Positions 49,539 through 59,343 of a stretch of 64,000 bases of DNA are shown piece after piece. The notes beneath the pieces are model-generated. The model was not told where the DNA came from. It worked only from the letters and a program-made list of their open reading frames with translations, and made no database searches. Each line of letters begins with the position of its first letter. Within the stretch, counting starts at the first letter, position 1. The translations under genes were made by a program, and so were the position numbers. This DNA is from Candidatus Latescibacterota bacterium. GTDB lineage: Bacteria; Latescibacterota; UBA2968; UBA8231. The stretch covers positions 416,001 to 480,000 of the forward strand of contig CBDCSU010000005.1 of NCBI GenBank assembly GCA_965221775.1. The letters run 5' to 3'.

Positions 49539-50626
49539 GTCGAATCAGCCAGATCCTGCCTCCAGAAGTGGTTGCCGCGATCACCCAAGATGACTTCGAT
49601 CCGAAGCTGTCCGCGTTCATTCAAGGTTGGGCGAGAACGTCCGGTCCTTTCTCCCGGTATCTGCACGCAAACCGCCTGAAGGTTTCGAAGAAGCTGCGCA
49701 AGGCGAAGACGAACGAGGACCAGCGGGACGTCGGCTTGGAACTGTACGCCGCTTGCTCGTTCTTGTCCGCTGGTGCCTCCGTCATCTATGAACCGAGAGC
49801 GAAGGGTCCCGATCTTCTTGTCTCGATTGACGGCTTGGAGATGTATGTCGAGACAAGACGCGTGCGGGAGAGGGAGGCCACGTTAGGATGGGTGGAGGTT
49901 TCCAGGCGACTGCGACGGGAGATAGAGCCACACCTGCGGAACCAGTATGTCTTCTTGGGAATCATCGCCTCTGATCACAATCTCAGATGGCGAGGAATAT
50001 CGCGGCCATCCTTGGAAGTAATCTTGGAGAGGTACAAAGAAACAAGGGCGTTCATTCTTGCGCAGGTCTCGACCCACCAAGGCGACGAAGTACGGATCCC
50101 GGTCGATCCCCTGCCAGAGGGATTCGCCAAGCTGATAGTTCGGAGGCATCACGAGTCTGTGTTTTCTGTGATGTACCCTGAAGCGGAAGGCAATGGACCC
50201 TCCAAACTGCTGCGCATCGCCTGCGAGAAGTCACGGCAGGTCGTTCAGGGGCACGTCAACTTTGTCGTGGTGTGGATCGATGCGGGTGGCGAGATGTGCG
50301 ACGACTTTGAGAACTCCTTAGGGCAAATTGAGCATGGATTGCGCGAGGAGCCTGATCGCTTCGCAGAGCGCATGGGATATGGATCACCAAGTCATGCCGA
50401 AGAATGTTGGCAGGCCTGCAGTGCACTCCTTGTCCGCGATGCCTGGGGAGATGACCCGCTGCCCCGAACGTCAGCTCCTGAGTGCAGCGGGTTTCTTCGT
50501 CACGATTTGGGACAAAGGCAGCTGTACGAGAACCGGCGGGCCAATCCGCCCTTGCCGGATCGCCTGCTGGAGCTTGTCCGGCAGAGTGCCCGGGTACCAT
50601 TTCGATCTTTGACGCCTGCGGCATAG
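49535..50626 (+). CDS. Hypothetical protein with a PD-(D/E)XK-like nuclease motif
   Basis: E-containing helix (GLELYAA), then YEP...GPDLLV...YVETR. Lower GC; ATGA overlap with the small ORF. Confidence 0.6.
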   Translation: MSRISQILPPEVVAAITQDDFDPKLSAFIQGWARTSGPFSRYLHANRLKVSKKLRKAKTNEDQRDVGLELYAACSFLSAGASVIYEPRAKGPDLLVSIDGLEMYVETRRVREREATLGWVEVSRRLRREIEPHLRNQYVFLGIIASDHNLRWRGISRPSLEVILERYKETRAFILAQVSTHQGDEVRIPVDPLPEGFAKLIVRRHHESVFSVMYPEAEGNGPSKLLRIACEKSRQVVQGHVNFVVVWIDAGGEMCDDFENSLGQIEHGLREEPDRFAERMGYGSPSHAEECWQACSALLVRDAWGDDPLPRTSAPECSGFLRHDLGQRQLYENRRANPPLPDRLLELVRQSARVPFRSLTPAA

Positions 50627-50639
50627 GTCCGAGTAGCCT

Positions 50640-52187
50640 ATGACCTCCGCCACCGCTGGCAGGGCCCCCTCGCCCCACGACACCGGGATCTACCCGGCGC
50701 GGACCCACCTGTTCCTGGACGACCACTACGTCGCCCGCCTCGACGGCCTGCGGCGCCTCCCCGGACCGGTCACGCACGCCGCCAGCGGACCGGTGCTGGA
50801 GCCGGAGGCGCCCTGGGAGGGGCTCGGGCTCATCGGCCGCAACGGCATCCTGTGGGACGCGGACGAATCCCGCTTCAAGTGCTGGTACCCGGCCTACGAC
50901 CCGGCCCTGCCCGCTGAACCGGTAGGGGCCCGGCGGCGGTGGGCGTACGCCGAGAGCGCCGACGGCGTCCGCTGGGAGCGGCCCGATCTGGGGCTGACCT
51001 CCTTCGCCGGCTCCACCGCCAACAACCTGCTGCGCCTGGAGGGGCTGGAGGAGTCGGCGGCGGTCCTGTGGAGCGTCGCCAAAGACCCGGACGACCCCGA
51101 CCCGGGGCGGCGCTACAAGGCGATCGGCATGGACCGCCACCCGCGGCGGCCCGGCGAGCCGGCCTGGACCGGGCCCGACGGCGAGGACGAGTGGTACCGC
51201 AGCCAGGGACGCCACATGGGCTGCGGCGTCTTCATCGCCTTCTCGGCCGACGGGCTCACCTGGCGCCAGCGCGAGGGCTGGGCCGGGTCCGGGGCCCTGA
51301 TCATGGACAACTCCATCCTCCACGGGTACGACCCCCAGACCCGGCGCTGGGTGCTGTGGCAGCGGCCGCGGATCCTGCCCAAGCACCGGGTCATCGGCGT
51401 CAGCTTCTCCCCCGACTTCGAGGACTGGACCTTCCCCGAGTGCGTCCTCGTGCCGGACGAGGACGATGCGCCGGACACGCAGTTCGACCAGCTCTCCACG
51501 GTGGCCGCCTCCGACGGCGGCTTCGTGGGGCTCCTGTCCGCCTCCTCGGAGGTGCGCGCCGACCGCGGCGTGACCGACATCGTGCCGCAGCTCGTCTACT
51601 CCCGCGACGCCCGGCGCTGGACCCGCGTCGACCGCGGGCCCTTCCTGGCTCCGAAGGGGCCGCCGCCGACCTGGGACGACGGCTGCATCATCCCCTTCAA
51701 CCCGCAGGTCGTCGGCGACGAGGTCTTCATCTTCTACTACGGCAAGAACGCCGGCCACATCTGGGGCGAGCCCACCGCCGATGGCCGTGTGACCCGCTCC
51801 GCCTTCGGGGTGGTGAAGCTGCGCCGCGACCGCTGGGCCGCCCTGACCCCCGCGGCCGGCGGCTCCGCGGGCGGCGGCGAAGGCACCCTGACCACCACCC
51901 TGATCAGCTTCTCCCGCCCGGAGCTGCGCCTGAACGCCGACGCCTCGGGCGGGACCATCGCCGTGGAGCTGGTGGACTGCCAGAGTGGCCTGGCGGTGCC
52001 CGGCTTCGGCCTGGACGACTGCGACCCGGTGCAGGGCGACTCCCTGGACCATCGGGTGAGTTGGCGCGGGAGCAGCGACCTGTCGGCCGTCGTCGGCACC
52101 GGGAGCCGCCAGCCGCGGGTGGGCCGGGCCCTCGTGATCCGTGCGCGCCTCAGGGACGGCGCCCGGCTCTACGGGATTTCCTGCTGA
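50640..52187 (+). CDS. GH32/GH43-like five-bladed beta-propeller protein
   Basis: HLFLDD, PVLEPEAPWE, YAESADGVRWERPDL, FSADGLTW, SRDARRW, WDDG, LRRDRW, LRLNADA. Confidence 0.75.
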   Translation: MTSATAGRAPSPHDTGIYPARTHLFLDDHYVARLDGLRRLPGPVTHAASGPVLEPEAPWEGLGLIGRNGILWDADESRFKCWYPAYDPALPAEPVGARRRWAYAESADGVRWERPDLGLTSFAGSTANNLLRLEGLEESAAVLWSVAKDPDDPDPGRRYKAIGMDRHPRRPGEPAWTGPDGEDEWYRSQGRHMGCGVFIAFSADGLTWRQREGWAGSGALIMDNSILHGYDPQTRRWVLWQRPRILPKHRVIGVSFSPDFEDWTFPECVLVPDEDDAPDTQFDQLSTVAASDGGFVGLLSASSEVRADRGVTDIVPQLVYSRDARRWTRVDRGPFLAPKGPPPTWDDGCIIPFNPQVVGDEVFIFYYGKNAGHIWGEPTADGRVTRSAFGVVKLRRDRWAALTPAAGGSAGGGEGTLTTTLISFSRPELRLNADASGGTIAVELVDCQSGLAVPGFGLDDCDPVQGDSLDHRVSWRGSSDLSAVVGTGSRQPRVGRALVIRARLRDGARLYGISC

Positions 52188-52215
52188 TAGGGGCGGCGTC
52201 CGGCCGTCCGGCGCC

Positions 52216-53292
52216 TCAGGTCAGCCGCCACTCGACGCCGTGCTCGGCGGTGGCCTGGCGGAACCAGTCGATGACCTCGGGGTGGTAGGGGATGCCCCGC
52301 TCGGCCCGCTCCACCGCGGTCTGCGCCTCGGGCCAGCCCGAGTAGAGGACGCGGTCGGCCCCGGGCGCGGGCGGGCACTCGAGCAGGTCGGTGAGGTACT
52401 GGTCGAGGTCGGCCTTGAAGTCGGCGGGATCGCAGAAGCCGGCGATGTCCCAGGCGACGAAGTGGTGGACCGAGTCGCTCCGGCGGCGGGGGCCGGCGCC
52501 GGTGGCGGTGAGCACGGTGGTGAGCACCTCCGACATGACCGACAGGGCATAGCCCTTCTGCGAGCCGCCCTCCCGGGTCGAGCCGAGGGGCAGCATCATG
52601 TAGGACTCGGGGATCTCCGCCTCTTCCAGGATCGGGGTGCCGTGCTCGTCGGCGATCCAGCCGGGCAGGATCGTCTGCCCCAGGCGCCGGGCCAGGAAGA
52701 TCTTGTTGGCCGCCACCACGCTCGGCGAGCCGTCGTAGACGAAGGGCGGGTGCTTGGCCGCCGGGGCGGCGAAGGCCATCGCGTTGAGGCCGAGGAGGGC
52801 CTTCGATCCGAAGGTGGGCACCATGCCGAGGCCGCCGGTGGTGGTGGCCAGGCCCAGCATGTCCCGCTCCAGGGGCATCTCGGCGTAGTAGGAGCACGGG
52901 CCCAGGTGCCCGCAGTTGACCGCCGACACGGCGCCGACCCCGAACCGCGAGGCCCGCTCCACGGCCTCCTGCATGGCCACGGGGGACACCACCATGCCGT
53001 GGCCGCGGTCCCCGTCGATGAGGCAGGTCGCCTTGTTGTCGCGGACGATCTTCCAGTCCGGCGTCGGGTTGATGTCGCCCGAGGTCAGCCCGCCCAGGTA
53101 GAATCGCAGCAGGTTGGAGACGCCGTGGGTGTCGACGCCCCTCAGGTCGGCGTAGATCAGCACGTCGGCGGTCTTCGCGGCGTCCTCCGCCGGCATGCCG
53201 AGGGCCTCCAGCAGGCGCTCGGTGGTCCACCTCATCTCCTCGGGCCGGACCCGGACCTCCAGGTCCTCGGACACCCGGTACTTCTCCAGCAT
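52216..53292 (-). CDS. Ldh_2 family oxidoreductase (type 2 malate/L-lactate/ureidoglycolate dehydrogenase)
   Basis: ADLRGVDTHG, DGDRGHG, NCGHLG, PLG...KGYALS. Confidence 0.92.
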   Translation of the reverse strand: MLEKYRVSEDLEVRVRPEEMRWTTERLLEALGMPAEDAAKTADVLIYADLRGVDTHGVSNLLRFYLGGLTSGDINPTPDWKIVRDNKATCLIDGDRGHGMVVSPVAMQEAVERASRFGVGAVSAVNCGHLGPCSYYAEMPLERDMLGLATTTGGLGMVPTFGSKALLGLNAMAFAAPAAKHPPFVYDGSPSVVAANKIFLARRLGQTILPGWIADEHGTPILEEAEIPESYMMLPLGSTREGGSQKGYALSVMSEVLTTVLTATGAGPRRRSDSVHHFVAWDIAGFCDPADFKADLDQYLTDLLECPPAPGADRVLYSGWPEAQTAVERAERGIPYHPEVIDWFRQATAEHGVEWRLT

Positions 53293-53328
53293 GTGCGGTC
53301 TCCTTTGTGGTCCGGCGCCCGACGCGGC

Positions 53329-53438
53329 GGACCCGGCGCGTCCGGGGCGGGACCTCCCATCGGCCGGCGGCGCGCCGGAGCCGGACCCGCCGCGGCCGGG
53401 CGGACTCCCTTCGCCGGCGGCGGCGCCGGGCCGGCGGC
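53329..53438. repeat. Degenerate 54-bp tandem duplication in the intergenic region
   Basis: Units start GGACCCG at 53329 and 53383; each continues ...CCGGG(G)CGG(G)AC(C)TCCC...GCCGGCGGCG. Confidence 0.45.
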
Positions 53439-53452
53439 GGAATCCAGCCCGA

Positions 53453-54700
53453 CTAGGCCGGTTCCGGCTGCAGGTCCAGGGCCAGGGACCGGAAGTCCCG
53501 CACCCTGTGGATGGTGATCCGGTCGTTGTCGTGCTGGTTGCGGGCGCTCTCGGCGGTGCGCGACGAGACGAGCAGGTCGTCGCCGTCGATCAGGGCGGCG
53601 TTGTACTGGAACCCCTGCCCCGGGCCGGGCCAGCGGGCGATGCAGCCGGCGGGGAACCAGTTCAGCGCGTCGAGGCTGTAGAACAGCATGAGGAAGCGGC
53701 GCTCGTTGCCGGCGCCTCCGGCGAGGCCGCGCTCGGCCATGGCCCGCCCCCACTCGACGTCCTGGGCCCGCGTCGGCAGGTTCACCGGCGTCCAGTAGTA
53801 GCCGTCGGTCCCGTCGCGGATGACGTGGAAGTAGACGTTGCCCGGGAAGGGGTGGAACTGGGTGAAGCGCAGGTCCAGCTCTCCGCCCTGGTCCTCCAGG
53901 TCGCAGATGGCGCACAGGTGGGGCGTGGACTGCCCGTCGATCCGCAGCCGGACGTAGACCCGGACCCTCCCGTCCACGAGGACCACGTTCGGCTCGAGCC
54001 AGTGGTCGCCCATGTCCGGGGCCTGGTCGCGGAAGCTCGGGGCGCCGCTGGCCCCGGGGTACTGGACGGCGGCATCGACCTGCTTGGCCAGCCCCAGGCT
54101 CAGGCCGGGCGGCGTGCCCGGGTAGGTGAGGGGGGCGGAGATGCGCCATGCCGAGGGGTCCATCAGGTCCTCGGCGCCGAGGTCGCCGGCGACGGCGGCG
54201 ATCCGCGAGCCGATGCGGTTGAAGTCACCCGCCTCGTTGGCGGCTCCGAAGCACCAGTAGAGGGTGTCGCCGCGCACGGCGTGGGGGGTGAAGGTGTTCC
54301 AGTAGCGGCCCCTGAAGAGGACCACGGGATCGCTCCAGGTGGCGCCCTCGTCGTCGCTGGCCGTCAGCAGGATGTCCCGGCGGCCGCGGCCGTTGCACAG
54401 CAGGTAGAGCCGGCCCCGGTGCACGAAGACGAGGCCGTCGCCAACCCTCGCCCGGCCCTGGCGGCTCCAGGTCCGCCCGTCGTCGTCGCTGATCCAGAAG
54501 CGGGTCAGCAGCTCCTGGTCGGGGTTCCCCGGCAGGCGGTTGAGGCGCGTGAGCAGGGCGAAGCTGCACAGCAGCCGGCCGCCGGGCAGGCGCACCAGGG
54601 AGGGGGCGGAGCTGTAGACCTCCGGGTCGGGGAGGCGGCAGACCTCGGTGTAGTCCTGGGCCAGGGGCCGGGCCCAGCCGTGCGAGGGGATCCGGGTCAT
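53453..54700 (-). CDS. Sialidase/BNR (Asp-box) family protein
   Basis: SSAPSLVRLPGGRLL, SDDDGRTW, SDDEGATWSDP, LEPNVV, SLDALNW. Confidence 0.8.
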   Translation of the reverse strand: MTRIPSHGWARPLAQDYTEVCRLPDPEVYSSAPSLVRLPGGRLLCSFALLTRLNRLPGNPDQELLTRFWISDDDGRTWSRQGRARVGDGLVFVHRGRLYLLCNGRGRRDILLTASDDEGATWSDPVVLFRGRYWNTFTPHAVRGDTLYWCFGAANEAGDFNRIGSRIAAVAGDLGAEDLMDPSAWRISAPLTYPGTPPGLSLGLAKQVDAAVQYPGASGAPSFRDQAPDMGDHWLEPNVVLVDGRVRVYVRLRIDGQSTPHLCAICDLEDQGGELDLRFTQFHPFPGNVYFHVIRDGTDGYYWTPVNLPTRAQDVEWGRAMAERGLAGGAGNERRFLMLFYSLDALNWFPAGCIARWPGPGQGFQYNAALIDGDDLLVSSRTAESARNQHDNDRITIHRVRDFRSLALDLQPEPA

Positions 54701-54715
54701 CGGGTCAGCCTGTCC

Positions 54716-56245
54716 TCAGTCGCCGAGGGGGACGATCGAGTCCAGGCCCTCGGGCTGGGGCAGTACGTAGCGCACGGGCTGCACCGAGCCGTCGGCGCGG
54801 GTCACCCGCTGCACGCGGCGGGTCTTGATGACCGAGTGCTCCACCAGCACCTCGTCGTCGATGCGGCAGCCGTAGAGGTAGCTGGTGCCCTTCACCGTCA
54901 CCCCGGAACCGACGCGCATGGGATGCTCGTCGGAGCCGGTCATGATGACGCCGGACTCGATGCGGCTGCCGGCGCCGACGACGGTGTTGCCCTTGAGGAC
55001 GCTGCGGTCGAGGACCTCCACCCCCTCCTCGAGGACCATCACCTGCCGGGGATAGGTGCTCAGGCGCACGCCGGCGCCGATGCGCACCCCCTCCCCCAGG
55101 ACCACGCGGCCGCTCAATTCGCAGCGGTCGCCGAGGTGGACGCGGCGGTCGAGCTGCACCCCGGCGCCGACGCTGGCGCCCTTGCCGATGACGATGTCCA
55201 GGGGGCCCCGGTCCTTGTCGAGGGCGACGATCTGCTCGATCACCTCGTCGGCGAGGTAGAAGTCCTCGTCGTCGACGATGGTGACGATGTCCATGAGGCG
55301 CTCGTAGGCGCGGCGCCGGGCGATCGCCTCCATGCGGCGCCAGACGCTCTTGACGTTGAAGCCGAGGATCTCGTCGCCGTCGGCGGCGGGCACGGCGCGC
55401 ACCACGAGACCGTGGCCGTTGAAGATCTCCACCAAGTCGGTGAGCATCAGCTCGCCCTGCACGTTGTCGGTGTCCATGGCGCCGATGTGGGCGCGCAGGG
55501 CCGACTCGCCGAAGCAGACGACGAGGGTGTTGATCTCGCGCGTCTCCAGCAGCTCCCGGCGGCTGAAGACGTAGCGCCGGCCGCGGCAGGTCAGCTCCTC
55601 CGACCCGCCCTCGGGCAGGCCGAGGATGTCGCCGTGCTCCTTGATGGCGATCACCCGGCCGGCGTCCTCGCCGGCGTCGTTGCCGTCGGCGTCCTCCCGG
55701 GGGACCCGGACGATGCGGCCGTAGTGGTTCTGCTCCGGCGGCCCGTCGTAGAGGCCGGTGAGGACCATCATGTCGCAGGGCTCGGACTCGAAGGCGCGGC
55801 GGAAGTGGGCGACCACGTTCTCGGTGAGCAGCCCCATGTCGCCGGGGAAGATGTAGACCTGGCGGTCCCGCCCCTCGGGAGGCGGGCCGAAGTGGTCGAG
55901 GGCGACGCGCACGGCGTCGCCGGTGCCGGCGGGCAGCCCGAGGACGGGGTTCTCCTGGTAGGCGAAGCGCCGCCCCGGGCGGGCGCCGAGGTGGTCGGCC
56001 ACCTCCTCCGCCTTGATGCCCACCACGAGCAGCTGGTTCGGGCTCTCCAGGCCGGCGGCGACGGCGTCGGCGACGCGCACCACCGTCGGCCGGCCCCAGA
56101 TCTGGTGGAGCATCTTGGAGGTGTCGGAGCGGATGCGCTTGCCGTGGCCGGCGGCCAGCACCACGCCGACGCGCCCCGGCTCCTCCAGCAGGGGCGAGTC
56201 CAGCTCGCGCAGGCGGGCGCGGAGGCGGCGGCCGTCGGGGGGCAT
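54716..56245 (-). CDS. GlmU-like nucleotidyltransferase with a left-handed beta-helix domain
   Basis: VLAAGHGKRIRS..SKMLH, GTGDAV, GDMGLL, YGRIVR, EINT, NVQGELMLTDL, then hexapeptide repeats. Confidence 0.85.
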   Translation of the reverse strand: MPPDGRRLRARLRELDSPLLEEPGRVGVVLAAGHGKRIRSDTSKMLHQIWGRPTVVRVADAVAAGLESPNQLLVVGIKAEEVADHLGARPGRRFAYQENPVLGLPAGTGDAVRVALDHFGPPPEGRDRQVYIFPGDMGLLTENVVAHFRRAFESEPCDMMVLTGLYDGPPEQNHYGRIVRVPREDADGNDAGEDAGRVIAIKEHGDILGLPEGGSEELTCRGRRYVFSRRELLETREINTLVVCFGESALRAHIGAMDTDNVQGELMLTDLVEIFNGHGLVVRAVPAADGDEILGFNVKSVWRRMEAIARRRAYERLMDIVTIVDDEDFYLADEVIEQIVALDKDRGPLDIVIGKGASVGAGVQLDRRVHLGDRCELSGRVVLGEGVRIGAGVRLSTYPRQVMVLEEGVEVLDRSVLKGNTVVGAGSRIESGVIMTGSDEHPMRVGSGVTVKGTSYLYGCRIDDEVLVEHSVIKTRRVQRVTRADGSVQPVRYVLPQPEGLDSIVPLGD

Positions 56246-58371
56246 CAGGCGGCGCTCCCGATGGCGGCGCTGCCGACGGCGCCGTTCCAGCCGGTCAGGG
56301 GCGGCAGCTCCGCCCCGGGATCCTCGCCGCGGGCCATGGCCATCAGCGCCTCCTGCATGCACAGGGCGGGCTCCCCGTTGGGCGGCTCCAGGCGGACGTA
56401 GCGGCCGTCGGAGAGACAGGCCCGCGTCTTGGAGCGGTCCGCCAGGCACAGCTGCAGGTAGTGGTGCAGGCGCGCCTTGATGCCCTCCTCCTCCACCGGG
56501 AAGACGACCTCCACGCGGTTGCGCAGGTTGCGGTTCATCCAGTCGGCGCTGCCGGTCCAGATCTCGGGATCTCCGCCGTTGGCGAAGTAGAACACCCGGC
56601 TGTGCTCCAGGAAGCGGCCGATGATGCTGTGCACGCGGATGCGCTCGCTGATGCCGAGCAGCCCCGGCCGCAGGCAGCAGATGCCGCGCACCACGAGGTC
56701 GATCTCGACGCCGGCCATGGAGGCGCGGTAGAGGGCGCGGATGATCTTGGCGTCGGTGAGGCCGTTCATCTTGGCCACGATCGCCGCCGGCCGGCCGGCG
56801 CGGGCGTGCTCGATCTCCCGGTCGATGCGGCGCAGGAAGCCGGACATCATCGTCGTGGGCGCCACCAGGAGCTTGCGGAAGGTCTCCTCGGAGCGCGCCG
56901 TGAGCAGGTTGAAGACCTCCGCCACCTCGCGGGTCATGTCCTCGCGGGCCGTGAGCAGGCCCAGATCCGTGTACAAGCGCGCCGTCACGTGGTTGTAGTT
57001 GCCGGTGCCCAGGTGGGCGTAGCGGCGCAGCTGGTCCTCGTCGCGGCGCACCACCATGGAGAGCTTGCAGTGGGTCTTCATGCCCAGCAGGCCGTAGACG
57101 ACGTGGACGCCGCTCTCCTCCAGCTTCTTGGCCCACTCGATGTTGAAAGCCTCGTCGAAGCGCGCCTTCAGCTCCACGAGGACGGCGACCTCCTTGCCCT
57201 GCTCGGCCGCCTCCATCAGCGCCTGCACGACCTCGGAGTCCTCGCCGGTGCGGTAGAGGGTCTGCTTGATCGCCAGCACCCGGGGGTCGCGCACGGCCAT
57301 GCGGATGAAGTCGATGACGGTGTTGAACGACTCGTACGGGTGGTGGAGGAGGACGTCCCGGGCGCGCAGGCTCTCGAAGAACCGGTCCGGCTCGGCGGGC
57401 AGGTTGACCTCCAGCGGAGTGAAGGGCCGGTCCTTGAGCTCCGGCCGGTTGACGAGGCCGTAGATCGTGGTGATGCGGTTGAGGTTGACCGGGCCTTCGG
57501 CGGTGTAGACGCGGTCCTCGTCGACCTCGAACTGGGTCATGAGGAAGCTCACCAGGCGCGCCGGCGCCTTCTCCTCGATCTCGAGGCGGACCACGTCGCC
57601 CTTGCGACGCTGCTCCAGGGACTCGGCGATCTCCTCGAGCAGGTTGTCGGCCTCCTCCTCGTTGACGTAGAGCTCGGAGTTGCGGGTGACGCGGAAGGCG
57701 CCGTGGCCGTTGACGCGGTAGCCCTCGAAGAGCTCGGTCAGGTAGTGGGCGACGATGCCGGCCAGGGTCACCATGTGCACGGCGCCGTCGCCGGCGTCGG
57801 GCAGGGCCAGGATCCTCGGCAGGACCCGCGGCACGGTGACCACGCCCACGGCGGTGCCGCCGTCCTGCTCCAGGAGGACGCCGATGCACAGGGCCTTGTT
57901 GAGGACCCGCGGAAAGGGGTGGGCGGGATCGATGACGATGGGGGTGAGGATCGGCTCCAGCTCGTCGCGCCAGTAGCGGCGGACGAAGGCCAGCTGCTCG
58001 CCGCGCAGCTCGGAGGGCTCGTGGAGGTGGATCTTCTCGTCGGCCAGGGCCGGCAGCAGCTCCTCGTTCCAGCAGCGGTACTGGGCGGCCACCAGCTCGT
58101 GGGTGGTGCGCGAGATGGCGGCCAGCTGCTCCTCCGGCGTCAGCCGGTCGGGGCCGGTGCTGGTGCCGCCGCTCTCCTGGACCTGCAGGATGCCGGCGAC
58201 GCGGACCTCGAAGAACTCGTCGAGGATGTCGGCGACGATGCCGAGGAAGCGGACCCGCTCCAGGAGCGGATTGCGCTCGTCGCGGGCCTCCTCCATGACG
58301 CGGCGGTTGAAGTCGAGCCAGGAGAGCTCGCGGTTGATGTAGTATTCGGGACGGGAGAGATCGACCGCCAC
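56245..58371 (-). CDS. ppk1: Polyphosphate kinase 1
   Basis: YINRELSWLDFNRRV, DPAHPFP, LLHHPYESF, IKQTLYR, ELKARFDE, KTHCK, GTGNYN, GRFLEHSR, SADWM.RNL. GTG start. Confidence 0.97.
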   Translation of the reverse strand: MAVDLSRPEYYINRELSWLDFNRRVMEEARDERNPLLERVRFLGIVADILDEFFEVRVAGILQVQESGGTSTGPDRLTPEEQLAAISRTTHELVAAQYRCWNEELLPALADEKIHLHEPSELRGEQLAFVRRYWRDELEPILTPIVIDPAHPFPRVLNKALCIGVLLEQDGGTAVGVVTVPRVLPRILALPDAGDGAVHMVTLAGIVAHYLTELFEGYRVNGHGAFRVTRNSELYVNEEEADNLLEEIAESLEQRRKGDVVRLEIEEKAPARLVSFLMTQFEVDEDRVYTAEGPVNLNRITTIYGLVNRPELKDRPFTPLEVNLPAEPDRFFESLRARDVLLHHPYESFNTVIDFIRMAVRDPRVLAIKQTLYRTGEDSEVVQALMEAAEQGKEVAVLVELKARFDEAFNIEWAKKLEESGVHVVYGLLGMKTHCKLSMVVRRDEDQLRRYAHLGTGNYNHVTARLYTDLGLLTAREDMTREVAEVFNLLTARSEETFRKLLVAPTTMMSGFLRRIDREIEHARAGRPAAIVAKMNGLTDAKIIRALYRASMAGVEIDLVVRGICCLRPGLLGISERIRVHSIIGRFLEHSRVFYFANGGDPEIWTGSADWMNRNLRNRVEVVFPVEEEGIKARLHHYLQLCLADRSKTRACLSDGRYVRLEPPNGEPALCMQEALMAMARGEDPGAELPPLTGWNGAVGSAAIGSAA

Positions 58372-58480
58372 GTTCCACCTCGGAAGCCTGCGAGACGTGC
58401 TAAGGTAACCCGTTGCGGCGAAAATAGGCAATCAGAGTCTGACGCCGCCGGGCGGATGCCGACCGCGCCTGGCCGATGCC

Positions 58481-59314
58481 TCAGGCCCGCCGGAGTTCCT
58501 CGACGAAGGCGCGGTCCCTGGCGGCGTTGGCGAGGACGCCGGTCAGGTCGAAGGCCTCCCCCGGGGCGGGGGTGATGCCGGCGGTGAACTCCAGGCACAG
58601 GAGGCCGTCGAAGCCGGAGCGGCGCAGGTGGGGCAGGAACCTCCGGTAGTCGGTCCAGTCCCCTTCCTCCAGGAGCGCCGCGGCGCCGTCCTTCCGGTTC
58701 TGCAGATGCACGTGCCGGACGCAGGAGCCGAGAGCGTCGAAGGCGGCCATGGCCGCCGCCGTGTCGTGCTCGACGTAGGGCTGGAAGCAGATCCCGACGC
58801 CGTCCTCCGGCAGCTGCTTCATCAGGCGCCGGGTGCCGTCGAGAGTGTCGCACAGGGTCCCGCCGTGGGTCTCGAGGGTGAGCAGCATCCCCGCCTCGGC
58901 GGTGCGGCCGGCCAGGCGGCGCATGCCCTCCACCGAGCGGCGCCAGACGGCGTCACCGGCCTCGGCGCTGGCCACCCTCCCCGGGAAGATCTTGAAGACC
59001 GAGGCCCCGAGGCGGACCGCGGCGCCGACGAGCTGCTCCAGGCTCCGGCGCTCTTCCTCGTCCTGCGCGCCCTCCAGGTGGAAGGCGGGATAGGCGCCCA
59101 CGCCGACGGCGCGCATCCCCCGCGCCTCCAGGGCCGCGGCCAGCTGCTCGACCCCGGCCTCGGAGAGGCGGTCGAGGTGGTATCCCCACACCTCCAGGTC
59201 GCGGAACCCGGCCGCCGCCATCGGGTCGAGCAGATCCACCAGGGGCCGGGTGAGGGCGTGTTCCGCCGTCCAGCGGTTGGGCTCGAGCATGATCGTGTTG
59301 AGCAGCAGTTGCAT
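58481..59314 (-). CDS. Sugar phosphate isomerase/epimerase (TIM barrel)
   Basis: LEVWG.H, LETHGGTLCDT, HVHLQN, GFDG..CLEF. Confidence 0.85.
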   Translation of the reverse strand: MQLLLNTIMLEPNRWTAEHALTRPLVDLLDPMAAAGFRDLEVWGYHLDRLSEAGVEQLAAALEARGMRAVGVGAYPAFHLEGAQDEEERRSLEQLVGAAVRLGASVFKIFPGRVASAEAGDAVWRRSVEGMRRLAGRTAEAGMLLTLETHGGTLCDTLDGTRRLMKQLPEDGVGICFQPYVEHDTAAAMAAFDALGSCVRHVHLQNRKDGAAALLEEGDWTDYRRFLPHLRRSGFDGLLCLEFTAGITPAPGEAFDLTGVLANAARDRAFVEELRRA

Positions 59315-59343
59315 GGTTGATCCCTCGGTTCGTGGCGGCGGCT

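Noticed and set aside
53329-53438. Degenerate tandem repeat as a possible regulatory RNA
   Set aside because: Only two poorly matching, extremely GC-rich copies and no recognisable riboswitch motif.
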